Positions 1-10,144 of a stretch of 58,100 nucleotides of DNA are shown piece after piece. Positions within the stretch are counted from its first letter, which is position 1. Each line of letters opens with the position of its first letter. Position numbers and translations under genes: made by a program. This stretch comes from a virus (taxonomy: Duplodnaviria > Caudoviricetes). The notes beneath the pieces are model-generated. The model made no database searches. It was not told the origin of the DNA and saw only the letters and a program-made list of their open reading frames with translations. The stretch covers positions 1 through 58,100 of the IMG/VR virus record IMGVR_UViG_3300030433_000606; one strand, given 5' to 3'.

Positions 1-300
1 TCGGCAACCGTATGGTTGGAGGAAACGCGCGGCGCGGTGACGAACAACCCGCGACACGCGAAACACTTCGCGCCACTTGCGAAAACCGCTTTACTGCGCG
101 GCATATTGCGCCAAGCGAGCGCATCGCGAATGCTTCGCGACGCTACGGGCAAATCGCGTTAGCCGGAGTCGCGTTGTCGCGACGGCAATTTGCCCTGCTT
201 AACCGCGTGCGAAATACAGATATTTTTTTCATGGGGCCAAAAAAAAATCTCCCCCAAAAAAATCGGTATATTGAAGGGCAGAGTTGTCATCGGGCATACG

Positions 301-3300
301 ATGAGCGTATCATATGTCCGCATCGTGAAGGCTGATGAAGAGCAATCTAAGAAGCCTAAACGCAATGATGAAAGGATAATGGCAGGTTTCAATGGTCTTA
401 ACGCTCACTTGGGTAAACTTCTAGTTGACAAGTATAATGTGGCTGAAGCCGATGTGGACGAGATAGACTATTACGAACTATACAACGATATTCTATTCGC
501 GAACAATTACGCATTAGCAGACGCGATGGGGTTAGATAGAGAATCACTAGACGATAATGTAAAGACAGAAGAAGGTGATGAATTAGTTAGTTTACTAGAC
601 ACACCGATTTACACGCCTTCTGTCGCGCTTTGGATGCAAAGATTAACAGAAGCGTTTCCTAAGTTGAAGGATATTATCGCGGAAGATGAAGAAGAGAATG
701 GACCGCTGAATGATTTACTGAAACTCAATAGAGGCATTCGCTCCGACATATCGAAGTTCATTACGGCCCCTCTTGAAGAAGGTAGGGAGATAAAGAGTTC
801 TGAATTGAAAGGTATCTATAACCTACTCTCAAAAGCGAACCACCCGATTGCTGAATCTCTATACCATACCATCGGTAGCGACACTCTCGAAAAGCCAAAG
901 CGCGCGCCGCGAAAGTCAAGCGGTAGGGTGAGATTGGTTGACCCTGCTTACATACAGGAATTACAACAAGCGCGTGAAGAGCAGCAAAAAAGGGGTGATG
1001 AATATTCAGCCGATGGCAGATTCAAAGCAACATATGATGACCGAGGATTCGTTTCTGCTTCACCCAAGTATGATACTCAGAGGTTGCAAGAAGCGCGGCG
1101 AATGTATGGTGATTTATTCGATGAGACTTCTATCGAACCTACGGGTGAAGGCACACTAGCGGCTTCTAGGATGAGGTTCAATAGACCCACTACTCCGACA
1201 ATCAAGATATACAAAGACTATATCGAAAGGTTTGCTAATAATGAAAAACTCACTATACCGCAAGCATTCGATAAAATCCAAGATAAGTTCAATGACTTCA
1301 TGGTGGCCCTAACAGGAGAGAAAGCATTCGGAACATCGGGGCGCGCGGGTAAGTTTGGTGGCAGCATTGATGTCGGTCGCGCACCTAACGCTATGTCACC
1401 TTCGCTTGCAGCAGCGGCAGAAGAGTTGGGTATAGTAATCCCTAGAGATGATGCACCAAACATACCCGATGAGATTGCCGGTTATTGGATTAGACGCAAG
1501 GACCCTATGAGCGACGAAGTTCGTGATGCGGTAGCGCAAATGGACACCGATGAAGGTTTTCACTTTTCACTAAGGAACGCGATGAGAGAAGGTGGGGTCT
1601 TAGACACCGAGGCTGAAGACAAGAAGGCAGTTGTCGAAGGTGAAGGACAGGCTGCTGGAACTAAAGAAGAGCGTGAAATGCGTTCAAAAGAAGCGCGCGA
1701 AGGTGTAGGCACTCAATCGGCATTGATGACTCCCGAAGATGAACTGAAGATAATCCAAGAAGGTAATGAAAGAACGCGCAAAATCAAAGTCAATCGTGAA
1801 ACTGCTAACCTAGAATATCTTCACTCAAGCGGTAAAATTAGCGATAACGAATATCAAATGAGAAAGTTATATGGCGATTCTATATCCGCGTTTGACCCGG
1901 ATAAGATAATGGATGGTATCGAAGGTAAAGACTTCGGTAAAGGTCACCCTTTCTATGGTAAAAGCGCGGAGGAAATAGCGAAGGAAACTAACGGCTTCGT
2001 TGATAATCTAATAGGTATGGGTAGGTTAAATCACACAATTAAAAACCTTGTAATCAAAAATTACAGTGGTAATGAAACGGTGGAAGATAGACGGGCTGGT
2101 CTTAACAAGTTCAAAGAATTGAATCTATCTTCGGACGATTTCATGAACATTATGGAATACTACGAAGGAGATGGTTCACGCGCTAATCTGACAGAAGAGC
2201 AGATGAACAAATACAAAGAGTTGACGAGATTACTCGGTCAAAACGCAAACGAGGTCTTGGCAGAGTACGCGCGTCAAATGAATACACGATTGAAGCGTTT
2301 CAAAGAATTGGGTATTTCCCCTAGCAATTTCATGGAAGCCGCGCTTAGGTATGCCGGTGAAGATATGAGTGAGCAAGGTTATTCTAATGCTTTGCAATAT
2401 CTGCATAGCAGAGTTCAAGGTGGAGTTCGCGAAGGTAATCTTTCTGAGTTCGCAACAAGTAAACTATTAGGCTTCTTAGAAAAAAGAGGGAGAGCAGAAG
2501 CGAAAAACAATGAGTACCACATGAAAGTTGATGAGCAAAACAAGCGTTTCGCTAAACATCGAACTGCAATGAGGCACGCTATGGGTCCTGTCAAGGATGA
2601 TGCGGAGTTTCGCTCTAGGGGTGAGATATTCGCGCCGGAGAAGATAGACTTACCGAAGGAGTTCATCGAAAGTAACAACCACTTAATACACGACCCCGAA
2701 GAATGTCATGGATGTAATCATTCACGCTTCATGACAAGTGACGCAGAAACCGCTAGAGAAGAGTCACCCGGATTCTTTGATGGTAGGAGTAAGACCCCTT
2801 ATACGCGCAAAATGATGCAAGTGCCGATTCTAACCAAATACAAAGATAGAGAATCAAATCAAATCAAAGACTTATTTTTGATGGGTAACACTAGCACACA
2901 ACCGTCAATAGCCAACATTGCTGATTTCATATTCCCCGATGGTGGTTTTTCATATAGCGAGATGATGGAAAAAGAAGCAGCGGCAGAGAAGAGGGGTGAA
3001 AAAAGCCGTTGGGCTGATAGAACCAAAAGAAGACTTCTTAGGAAAATCAAAGAGGCAGTTGTAACAGGTAACCCAAGAGCGCAGAACATTTACAACAAGT
3101 TTGGGTTATTCAAGGAACACGATTACAGTATAGCGAGTGGCCCTGCTGGTTACAGTAACAATGAATTAATCGCTTCATCGTTTTTGTTACCTTCTGAGGA
3201 TGCTTACGATGCGCATTATGAAAACGCGCGTCTTATGACTATCAACGCGATAAGATATGAAGCGATGCTTAACGCTATGGATTTGTTACAAGAGTTATCT

Positions 3301-6300
3301 GATGGGAAGATTGCTGACGAGAAGGGTAATATGAGAAAGGTTGCTTTGTCTGCGCTCAGAAGCGAAAGTGGCAGAAGAGCCATGATAGACAGAATTGTTA
3401 AATTACCTAACAGAAACAGGAAGAGGGCTGAAAAGAATCTCAAGCGCGCACAGGATGATTTGCAGCAAACTGAGCAAGCATTCGCGCTTTATCAAGGGCT
3501 GCTAGCGCAATTAGAAGCAGATGAAGCAAAGACCAAACCGCAGAAAGTTATGGAAGATGGGGTCGAAAGAACATACCCCGGTGAATACTCATCACCTGTT
3601 CAAAAAGAGATATTGAAGAAGAGAAGAGAAGAACTGAAAGCGAAGTATGGCCCTATGCTCAAAGAGAGAAAAAAGATAGAAAAGCGCATCAAAGACAATA
3701 CAAAGCGGTTCAATGATGCTAGCCGTTCTGACATGGATTCAATCAAGAGATATGACGATTACGCGCTAGGCGCATTTATGGGTGCTGGTGGTTACATAGT
3801 TAATGCGATGCGAGATTTGCAGAAGGAAACTAAGAAGTTAGAAGGTTACAAGCGGTGGAAGCCCGAACAAAGGAAAGAGTATTTTGACAGATACATGAAG
3901 AAGAGACTATCCGAATTAATATTGCAAGTGTACCCCGAAGGTGATGATACCATCTTACAAGGTGATGAGTTTGGAAAAGTAACGCGAGATTATCAACACC
4001 AACTCAGCAATTACAAGTTAGGTAAAGTGGGTGAAATGGCTGGAACGGGTGTTAGGCACTTTACTAACAACAAGGCATTACCAAGACCAAACGACATGAA
4101 TCAACTACGCGCGCTCAGAAGATTGAAAGGGCATGAAAGCCTGTCCGTCGAAGACCAAAAAACAATTGAGAAAATAATGAAAGATGCGGATGTTGGTATG
4201 CTAGACGAAGAAGTAGCAGAGATGTTAGGATTAGACCCCGACGCTATGATAAACCATTCTTCAGCGGACCACTCTCATCATGAAAGTGGAGAAGACGAGA
4301 TGGGTATGTTGAATGAAGCAGAAATGCGCAGAAGACACCAAAACTCACATTTCACTAGAGGGGCAGAAGAGGAAATAGAGAAAGGCAATATTAGCGCGGA
4401 TTTGATTTCTAATTGGCCCGATAACGCACCGACACTATGTGGTACTTGTCACGGTCACGGTCATATCAATAGAGGCGAAGCAGCCTCTTGGGTGAAGAGT
4501 CGCGTTAGTGGTATGTCGGGTGAAGATTCAAACTCACCTAAGATGAACAAATACATCGCTGATAACATGCGACCACGCGACCACGGTTCGTGGGAATCAC
4601 ACCCTATGTATTCTGATGAAGAACATCCTATGGGAGCAGACGACCATGAGCAAATTGCTTGTCCCGATTGTGAACACGATGACCCTAATGTGATAGGCGG
4701 TAAAATATCAAACGGTTTGTGTTCTCATTGTTTCAGTAGTGGAACTCGCGACCCGGAAGATAACGATATGATTCACAATGGTTACATCGACCAAGATGGT
4801 AATTTCATAACAGGTAAGTTGCATAATCATCACACACATAGCGCAAAGCAAGATGCTATGAATCAACTATTCGCTATGCTCGCGGATTACAGGACGGGAG
4901 GAACAGAGATACCCGATTATCTGAAAGAAGTTATTCAGTCTTTCAGACCTGCTTCTATGCCTCACGAACAGTATGAGAATTGGTTGAAAACAGGCTTATA
5001 CACCAGCAAGAGAGATTTAGCAGAAGCGCGTAAGAAAGAGAAAACACGCGAACCACTTTCGTTAAGTCCGGTGTTTGAATCCGCAGATGATGAGCCGGAA
5101 ACGCCGCAGCAACAGGAACGCGCAACACTTGCCGAAGTTTTGGCTGGTGGTGGAGATGTAGGGCAGACTCTTAGAGATTTAGAAGTCCGAGAAGAACGCC
5201 CTCCTTACAAAGCACCGACAGGTTCGGGGTATGGGGCTTATTCCGGCACTATGCAAGGTAAAGTTCATACTGCATTCATGGACGCGCATATCAATAGAAT
5301 CTTAGAAGATAGGGTCGCGACATTATCAAAATATGCAAAACTAAGTGCTACGAGCAATGATGATATTGCTATGATTGATGGCTTGGTTAACGAAATCTTG
5401 AATCACCCGCACAGGAAACACGCGCATGGTGATGAAGACCACCCTATCGTGGAACCTTTGACTAAACTACAAGAATTGGCAGAAAGATATTTCGCGACTG
5501 AAAAATCAAAAAGAATGCCACTCCCAATGGGTGATGAAGGTCAATTCGGTTTCAGTCCATCAGATTATGTGGCTGGTAAAGAGTTACCAATTCAAAAGAA
5601 GGCATCACAGTTTGAGCCTAAGATATTCGCGCATGGCAGATTCATGACAACTAATGAATACTACGAAGGTCTATTTGACCCTGCGACACCACATAGGCGA
5701 CCTAAAGAGCCAACATATGCTGATATGGTAATGCATTACAGAGGCGATGATGATGCTACAAACCTTTTGTATAGAATGCAGCAAGATGATAAGTTCAAAC
5801 AGCACGAAATGGACGCAATTATGGAAGTCATCAACGACCCTAAGTTTACTGATAAAGCAACGGGTACACAAAGACCAATGAAACGCATAAACACTACCAA
5901 CATACAAAGCAAGAAACTTAACGCGTTGATGGAAGAGTTTGGTGGTAACGCGATAGAACCTACCGAAACAGGTATGACCGCTACTTGGAATGATGAGTTT
6001 TTGTCAATGTTGAAGGAGAAAGGTGTCAGCAAATCCAAATTGAAGGACACATACTTGTTTATGCGCAACGCACAGAACCAAAAACGCGGTATAGGTTCAG
6101 AACATGATTCCGCGATAAATGAGCAAATCAGACCGTTGTGGAGGGAATATGTCAAACGCATGGCACTGAAGCAATTTATTGAAGGGAAACTGAATAAGTT
6201 GGATTATCCTAACTTAAACGAAAATGTAACTGTTGCCAATTTCGCGCAATTGACAATGGATGATAATACACAACCGCAATTCTATGATGAAGCCGCTATG

Positions 6301-7032
6301 CTCGCTGGACCAAAAAATGGGGCAAGATTCACAGATGAGGAAGACATGGATAAGAAGTTGAATATGAAAGGTAAGATTACAATAGGCAAATTAGTCCTTG
6401 ACCCTCAAGATTTCAAGAATGAAGTGTTGGCTGGCGCGAATGTAGTGCCTATTATAGATAGCAATGGACGCGACACTTTACCAATTGTAGGAATAGGTTC
6501 AGATGGGAAAATGAAACCGTTGAACATTGGTGGTGGTGTTGATGAAGTAACTCCGCATATTATGCAAAGCAGAGAAACGGAGTTTACAGGTGAAGAGAAA
6601 AAGAAGTTTGACTTGCTGAAAAAGAATCTTATGTACGAAAACTACCCTAATTGGATGCGAAGAGAAGCGCGTGAAGACATATTACATGGTGACGAAAACG
6701 AAGACGGTATGGATTTCTCAGAACTAAAAAGGCTATACAAAGAAGGAGATTTGTCGCTTCCGATAATGAATAAGTTAGACGAATCTCAAATGCTTTTGCT
6801 TATGCATCACCCCGATTTGGCACTAACACCGTCTAACTATGACGAGTCCTTGAACTTCGACTTCGCACAAAAAGCGATGCATGATTACAATGCACCGATA
6901 CGAGGTACGGCGGCGGATATGGAAGCATTAAGAAGTGCAGCGGCGCAACAAGCGGAGATGCAAAGAACAGCCGCGTTGAACCAACAACAGGCAGAACAAG
7001 CACAACAGGCATCTAGGGAAACCATAGAGTGA
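301..7032 (+). CDS. Giant (~2,243 aa) hypothetical protein, possible internal virion protein
   Basis: Long ORF. ATG at 301 (MSVSYVRIVKADEE) is preferred over TTG 190 because 1-290 is compositionally non-coding-like. Charged and helical, with CxxC(xGxG) motifs near 4438-4745 and no recognisable enzyme motif. Confidence 0.8.
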   Translation: MSVSYVRIVKADEEQSKKPKRNDERIMAGFNGLNAHLGKLLVDKYNVAEADVDEIDYYELYNDILFANNYALADAMGLDRESLDDNVKTEEGDELVSLLDTPIYTPSVALWMQRLTEAFPKLKDIIAEDEEENGPLNDLLKLNRGIRSDISKFITAPLEEGREIKSSELKGIYNLLSKANHPIAESLYHTIGSDTLEKPKRAPRKSSGRVRLVDPAYIQELQQAREEQQKRGDEYSADGRFKATYDDRGFVSASPKYDTQRLQEARRMYGDLFDETSIEPTGEGTLAASRMRFNRPTTPTIKIYKDYIERFANNEKLTIPQAFDKIQDKFNDFMVALTGEKAFGTSGRAGKFGGSIDVGRAPNAMSPSLAAAAEELGIVIPRDDAPNIPDEIAGYWIRRKDPMSDEVRDAVAQMDTDEGFHFSLRNAMREGGVLDTEAEDKKAVVEGEGQAAGTKEEREMRSKEAREGVGTQSALMTPEDELKIIQEGNERTRKIKVNRETANLEYLHSSGKISDNEYQMRKLYGDSISAFDPDKIMDGIEGKDFGKGHPFYGKSAEEIAKETNGFVDNLIGMGRLNHTIKNLVIKNYSGNETVEDRRAGLNKFKELNLSSDDFMNIMEYYEGDGSRANLTEEQMNKYKELTRLLGQNANEVLAEYARQMNTRLKRFKELGISPSNFMEAALRYAGEDMSEQGYSNALQYLHSRVQGGVREGNLSEFATSKLLGFLEKRGRAEAKNNEYHMKVDEQNKRFAKHRTAMRHAMGPVKDDAEFRSRGEIFAPEKIDLPKEFIESNNHLIHDPEECHGCNHSRFMTSDAETAREESPGFFDGRSKTPYTRKMMQVPILTKYKDRESNQIKDLFLMGNTSTQPSIANIADFIFPDGGFSYSEMMEKEAAAEKRGEKSRWADRTKRRLLRKIKEAVVTGNPRAQNIYNKFGLFKEHDYSIASGPAGYSNNELIASSFLLPSEDAYDAHYENARLMTINAIRYEAMLNAMDLLQELSDGKIADEKGNMRKVALSALRSESGRRAMIDRIVKLPNRNRKRAEKNLKRAQDDLQQTEQAFALYQGLLAQLEADEAKTKPQKVMEDGVERTYPGEYSSPVQKEILKKRREELKAKYGPMLKERKKIEKRIKDNTKRFNDASRSDMDSIKRYDDYALGAFMGAGGYIVNAMRDLQKETKKLEGYKRWKPEQRKEYFDRYMKKRLSELILQVYPEGDDTILQGDEFGKVTRDYQHQLSNYKLGKVGEMAGTGVRHFTNNKALPRPNDMNQLRALRRLKGHESLSVEDQKTIEKIMKDADVGMLDEEVAEMLGLDPDAMINHSSADHSHHESGEDEMGMLNEAEMRRRHQNSHFTRGAEEEIEKGNISADLISNWPDNAPTLCGTCHGHGHINRGEAASWVKSRVSGMSGEDSNSPKMNKYIADNMRPRDHGSWESHPMYSDEEHPMGADDHEQIACPDCEHDDPNVIGGKISNGLCSHCFSSGTRDPEDNDMIHNGYIDQDGNFITGKLHNHHTHSAKQDAMNQLFAMLADYRTGGTEIPDYLKEVIQSFRPASMPHEQYENWLKTGLYTSKRDLAEARKKEKTREPLSLSPVFESADDEPETPQQQERATLAEVLAGGGDVGQTLRDLEVREERPPYKAPTGSGYGAYSGTMQGKVHTAFMDAHINRILEDRVATLSKYAKLSATSNDDIAMIDGLVNEILNHPHRKHAHGDEDHPIVEPLTKLQELAERYFATEKSKRMPLPMGDEGQFGFSPSDYVAGKELPIQKKASQFEPKIFAHGRFMTTNEYYEGLFDPATPHRRPKEPTYADMVMHYRGDDDATNLLYRMQQDDKFKQHEMDAIMEVINDPKFTDKATGTQRPMKRINTTNIQSKKLNALMEEFGGNAIEPTETGMTATWNDEFLSMLKEKGVSKSKLKDTYLFMRNAQNQKRGIGSEHDSAINEQIRPLWREYVKRMALKQFIEGKLNKLDYPNLNENVTVANFAQLTMDDNTQPQFYDEAAMLAGPKNGARFTDEEDMDKKLNMKGKITIGKLVLDPQDFKNEVLAGANVVPIIDSNGRDTLPIVGIGSDGKMKPLNIGGGVDEVTPHIMQSRETEFTGEEKKKFDLLKKNLMYENYPNWMRREAREDILHGDENEDGMDFSELKRLYKEGDLSLPIMNKLDESQMLLLMHHPDLALTPSNYDESLNFDFAQKAMHDYNAPIRGTAADMEALRSAAAQQAEMQRTAALNQQQAEQAQQASRETIE

Positions 7033-7109
7033 TTCTCGATAATATCATTTTATTATGATAATTAGAATAATATATATTATTATGATAATAATACGAGAAT
7101 ATCGAGAAT
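7032..7109. repeat. AT-rich element with nested inverted and direct repeats
   Basis: 10-bp IR ATTCTCGATA (7032-7041) / TATCGAGAAT (7100-7109); 16-bp palindrome AATAATATATATTATT (7066-7081); 13-bp direct repeat TTATTATGATAAT (7050-7062, 7077-7089). Confidence 0.85.
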
Positions 7110-7177
7110 GAGGTGAATGATTCTGAGCAATCGTTATTTACCAATCGCGAACACGAATATCAAGGAGGTCCCTTGCG

Positions 7178-7702
7178 ATGCAAGGCAACAGGTCACAAAA
7201 CAACACAGATGAATTGAGGATTTTAGGACTAATATCATTCGTAAGCGTACTCGTAGGATGCGCGATTGCGGTATTTGATGCTGGTCTATGGCTCAAGTCA
7301 GCAGATACTTACACAAACGCGATAACATACACAATGGGCGCGTTTACATTACAAGGTATGTCGTATTTCATTTACAAAATGTTAGCGCAAGACGGTATGG
7401 ACCAACGCGCTGTCATATCTAATATGCAGAAAAACATGACGCGGCAGATGCAAAACCAACAAATGCGTTTCGCACAGGCTCAAATGGAAATGGAAATCAA
7501 AAAACAAGAGGTTGCTTTCGCTAAACAGATGGAAGAATTAGAAAAAGACCCCGAAGTTCAACAATATCTAGGGCTAATGGGGATGAATGATAGTGATGAA
7601 ATACCGCAACACAAAGCAGACTCCAAAAAGTCACTCAATTTAGGTGCAGGTGGCAGAGAGAGAAACCCCGATGGCACTTACAAGAAGACCAAAAAGGAGT
7701 GA
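7178..7702 (+). CDS. Membrane protein (2 TM segments plus Q/M-rich coiled coil)
   Basis: GGAGG RBS; hydrophobic segments ILGLISFVSVLVGCAIAVF and AITYTMGAFTLQGMSYFIY, then a heptad-like Q/M/E-rich region. Confidence 0.8.
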   Translation: MQGNRSQNNTDELRILGLISFVSVLVGCAIAVFDAGLWLKSADTYTNAITYTMGAFTLQGMSYFIYKMLAQDGMDQRAVISNMQKNMTRQMQNQQMRFAQAQMEMEIKKQEVAFAKQMEELEKDPEVQQYLGLMGMNDSDEIPQHKADSKKSLNLGAGGRERNPDGTYKKTKKE

Positions 7703-7706
7703 TTTG

Positions 7707-7943
7707 ATGGGTTGGTTATTCAAAACCCCAAGCGATGACGCTACCGAAGCAACATTACGCGCATTACACACACAAAACACCTTAGATACTTACTATGAGC
7801 GCGGAAGAGCATTGATATTTTGTGTCGTGACAGGTGTTGTAACTGCTTTAACGGTTTCATATCTTGAATTACAGACAGATGTTAGCCTTTGGGAGAACAC
7901 TGTTGAGTGGTTTTACAACAAAATACGCGGATGGGTGGGTTAA
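7707..7943 (+). CDS. Small single-TM membrane protein (78 aa)
   Basis: GGAGTGA RBS before ATG 7707 (track start 7644 overlaps the upstream gene); TM segment ALIFCVVTGVVTALTVSYL. Confidence 0.75.
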   Translation: MGWLFKTPSDDATEATLRALHTQNTLDTYYERGRALIFCVVTGVVTALTVSYLELQTDVSLWENTVEWFYNKIRGWVG

Positions 7944-8666
7944 TTGGTCGGTACATTCGCCGGTAGTGCGCTTATGGGTGCAGTTGTGTATGGTCGTGAA
8001 CTTTACAACTTCATCAAACCGCGCAGAATCGGCGTTTATGGTCCAACACAAGTCGGAAAAACCACATTAGACCAATTTATGCGCACTCCGGGCGAAATGG
8101 ATGACATAGAAGAGCGCACTATGCACCCAAAAAGGCTAATCGGCGGTGGATATGTGCTACCAAAGGCTACGAGAAAGAGATTGAGGTGGCAAGGAGAGAA
8201 AAGAGTGGTGCATTCTGCTGATATTGGCGGTCAACAACGCTTTTGGAACCTATGGATTGACGATATGGTCGATAGACAGGTTGAAATTGTCATTTTTATG
8301 ACAGATACGCGTGTTTTGAGGGGAAATGGAGCGCAAATTATCGACGCGGTAGGCGGTTTTGAGTATCTTGTTGATGCTTTAATCAATAAAAGGTGGAAAT
8401 ATCGCTCTTTGAAGTCAAGATTGAAGGGTAAACGATACTCGCCTAAGCAAATATGGCTTGTAGCGAACAAAGCGGACGAATGGTGGGACGAAAACGCTAA
8501 CATATTGTGGCAATCTAACCGTTTGCGTGAACATAAAGTGTTTGATGCACACCGTCCAGCCATGCGAAGGCTACAAAAAGCGGGTATTCCGTGTCGCGTT
8601 AGCATGATGGCGACCAAAATCGGCTGGAATGTCGAAAAAACTATGATTGAAATGCTAAGTTGGTGA
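7944..8666 (+). CDS. Small Ras-superfamily (Arf/Sar-like) GTPase
   Basis: G1 GPTQVGKT, G3 DIGGQ followed by RFWNLW (cf. Arf DVGGQxxxRxLW), strand IVIFMTD, G4 NKAD, G5-like MATK; hydrophobic N-terminal helix. Confidence 0.85.
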   Translation: MVGTFAGSALMGAVVYGRELYNFIKPRRIGVYGPTQVGKTTLDQFMRTPGEMDDIEERTMHPKRLIGGGYVLPKATRKRLRWQGEKRVVHSADIGGQQRFWNLWIDDMVDRQVEIVIFMTDTRVLRGNGAQIIDAVGGFEYLVDALINKRWKYRSLKSRLKGKRYSPKQIWLVANKADEWWDENANILWQSNRLREHKVFDAHRPAMRRLQKAGIPCRVSMMATKIGWNVEKTMIEMLSW

Positions 8667-8670
8667 TGAA

Positions 8671-9555
8671 ATGCTTGGAAAAACACCCCAAAATGACCTA
8701 TTACACCTTGCCGCACAGACACAAATGAGCCTTGCACAGATGCAACAACAGGCATCTGCACAGGCTGCTATGACCAATGCGAGTCAACATATACAGGTTC
8801 CACAGGTCAATTTTTACCCTTCTAAGCACCCAAACCCCAAAAAAGCGCGTAAAAAGGACATAAAACAGGCATATAAGTTGCTGAAACCGACAAAAAGGTC
8901 TATTTTTTCGCCTCGCAGGTGGTTATTTGGTGGCAAATACAGATATAACACGAATACTATGAGATGTGTTATTGATGGAGCCGATATTGAGAATCTTATC
9001 CGCGTAGCGGGTAATATTTACGACCAAATCATTGATGAGGAAACAGGACAGTCATTATGGGACATATATTTCAAAAATCCTGTTACCGGAGAAGTTGAAG
9101 CCTTTGTAGCACGCGAAAATGTCACAAGTGGGCGTAAAATGCGCGGCACTTACTGCCCCGAACACTTACATTTGTATCATTTGCTCACAAAATGGGAAAA
9201 AGAAGAAGAAGCGGAAGAAGAAGCGGAAACAGGAACGCTGAAAGCGAAATTGAGAAAAGGAGTTTCGCTAGTTGCGGTTCCTGTCAACTCAATTAAGAAA
9301 AAAGACAACACTCCACCAATATTAGCGAAATATGAGCCATTTTTCCAAATGCTCAAGCAAGATAATATTCCAATCACTCATATGACGAATGTCGCAACGG
9401 GTATGAACGACTTAGTGGTAGTTGTTTTTGATATGCGTCAATTCCATGCAGGTAATAACGGCAGATTGCTATTTGATGCTCTCGCAATTAACGAAATGCA
9501 GCAAAAAGTTGAACCTATGCCTTTACCACAACAACAAAATGAGGGAAGCGCGTGA
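8671..9555 (+). CDS. Hypothetical protein in GTPase operon
   Basis: GGTGA RBS, 294-aa ORF, Q-rich N-terminus, CVIDG...YCPEH possible metal site. Confidence 0.75.
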   Translation: MLGKTPQNDLLHLAAQTQMSLAQMQQQASAQAAMTNASQHIQVPQVNFYPSKHPNPKKARKKDIKQAYKLLKPTKRSIFSPRRWLFGGKYRYNTNTMRCVIDGADIENLIRVAGNIYDQIIDEETGQSLWDIYFKNPVTGEVEAFVARENVTSGRKMRGTYCPEHLHLYHLLTKWEKEEEAEEEAETGTLKAKLRKGVSLVAVPVNSIKKKDNTPPILAKYEPFFQMLKQDNIPITHMTNVATGMNDLVVVVFDMRQFHAGNNGRLLFDALAINEMQQKVEPMPLPQQQNEGSA

Positions 9556-9564
9556 GGTGGTAAC

Positions 9565-10143
9565 ATGGTGTGGCCTTTTAACAGTAATAATCAGCAACAA
9601 CCACAACAAAACGGCGCGTTAAATCTTGGTTTGAGCAATGGTCAACAACAAGTACCAGCGCAAGGGCAACAATGGGGTCAACAACAGTATGGATTCCAAT
9701 ATCAAGCACCGCCTACCGAAATGGAGATTCTTTCTGCTATGATTACATCAAATCCTATGATTGATAAGTGGTTATCTGAGAATAATGGTGCTAATATGAA
9801 CATGCTCATCTCACTTTTGAGCAGTCTTGTCGCGGTATCTGTAAACACAATGCTTGCTAATGCGCGTCTAGTCGAAGATGGTGATGGGTATAAGTTCGAT
9901 TTTAGCGCGGTGCAGGGTATGCCGACCGCTGATAGCGTCACGATGGCGCAAACTCAGATTCTTAACGCGTCATCAAACAATGTTCAGCAGAAAACTATGC
10001 AATTTCAACAAATGGTACAAGTTGCAAACCAAAGTGTGATGCAGAACATGTTGAACGACGCGATGGCTGACCCCGGTATGATGCAAAGTGTAGGTCAAGG
10101 CGCAGGTTCATTCCTTCGCTCGGTTATGACAGGAGGACGATGA
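9565..10143 (+). CDS. Q/N/M-rich hypothetical protein
   Basis: GAGGTGG RBS; low-complexity Q/G-rich N-terminus and a hydrophobic helix LISLLSSLVAVSV. Confidence 0.75.
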   Translation: MVWPFNSNNQQQPQQNGALNLGLSNGQQQVPAQGQQWGQQQYGFQYQAPPTEMEILSAMITSNPMIDKWLSENNGANMNMLISLLSSLVAVSVNTMLANARLVEDGDGYKFDFSAVQGMPTADSVTMAQTQILNASSNNVQQKTMQFQQMVQVANQSVMQNMLNDAMADPGMMQSVGQGAGSFLRSVMTGGR

Positions 10144-10144
10144 T

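Noticed and set aside
12-392. ORFs 12..335 (+), 159..392 (-) and the TTG 190 start of the giant ORF
   Set aside because: They run through repeat and homopolymer-rich non-coding-like sequence with no RBS; ATG 301 is more plausible.
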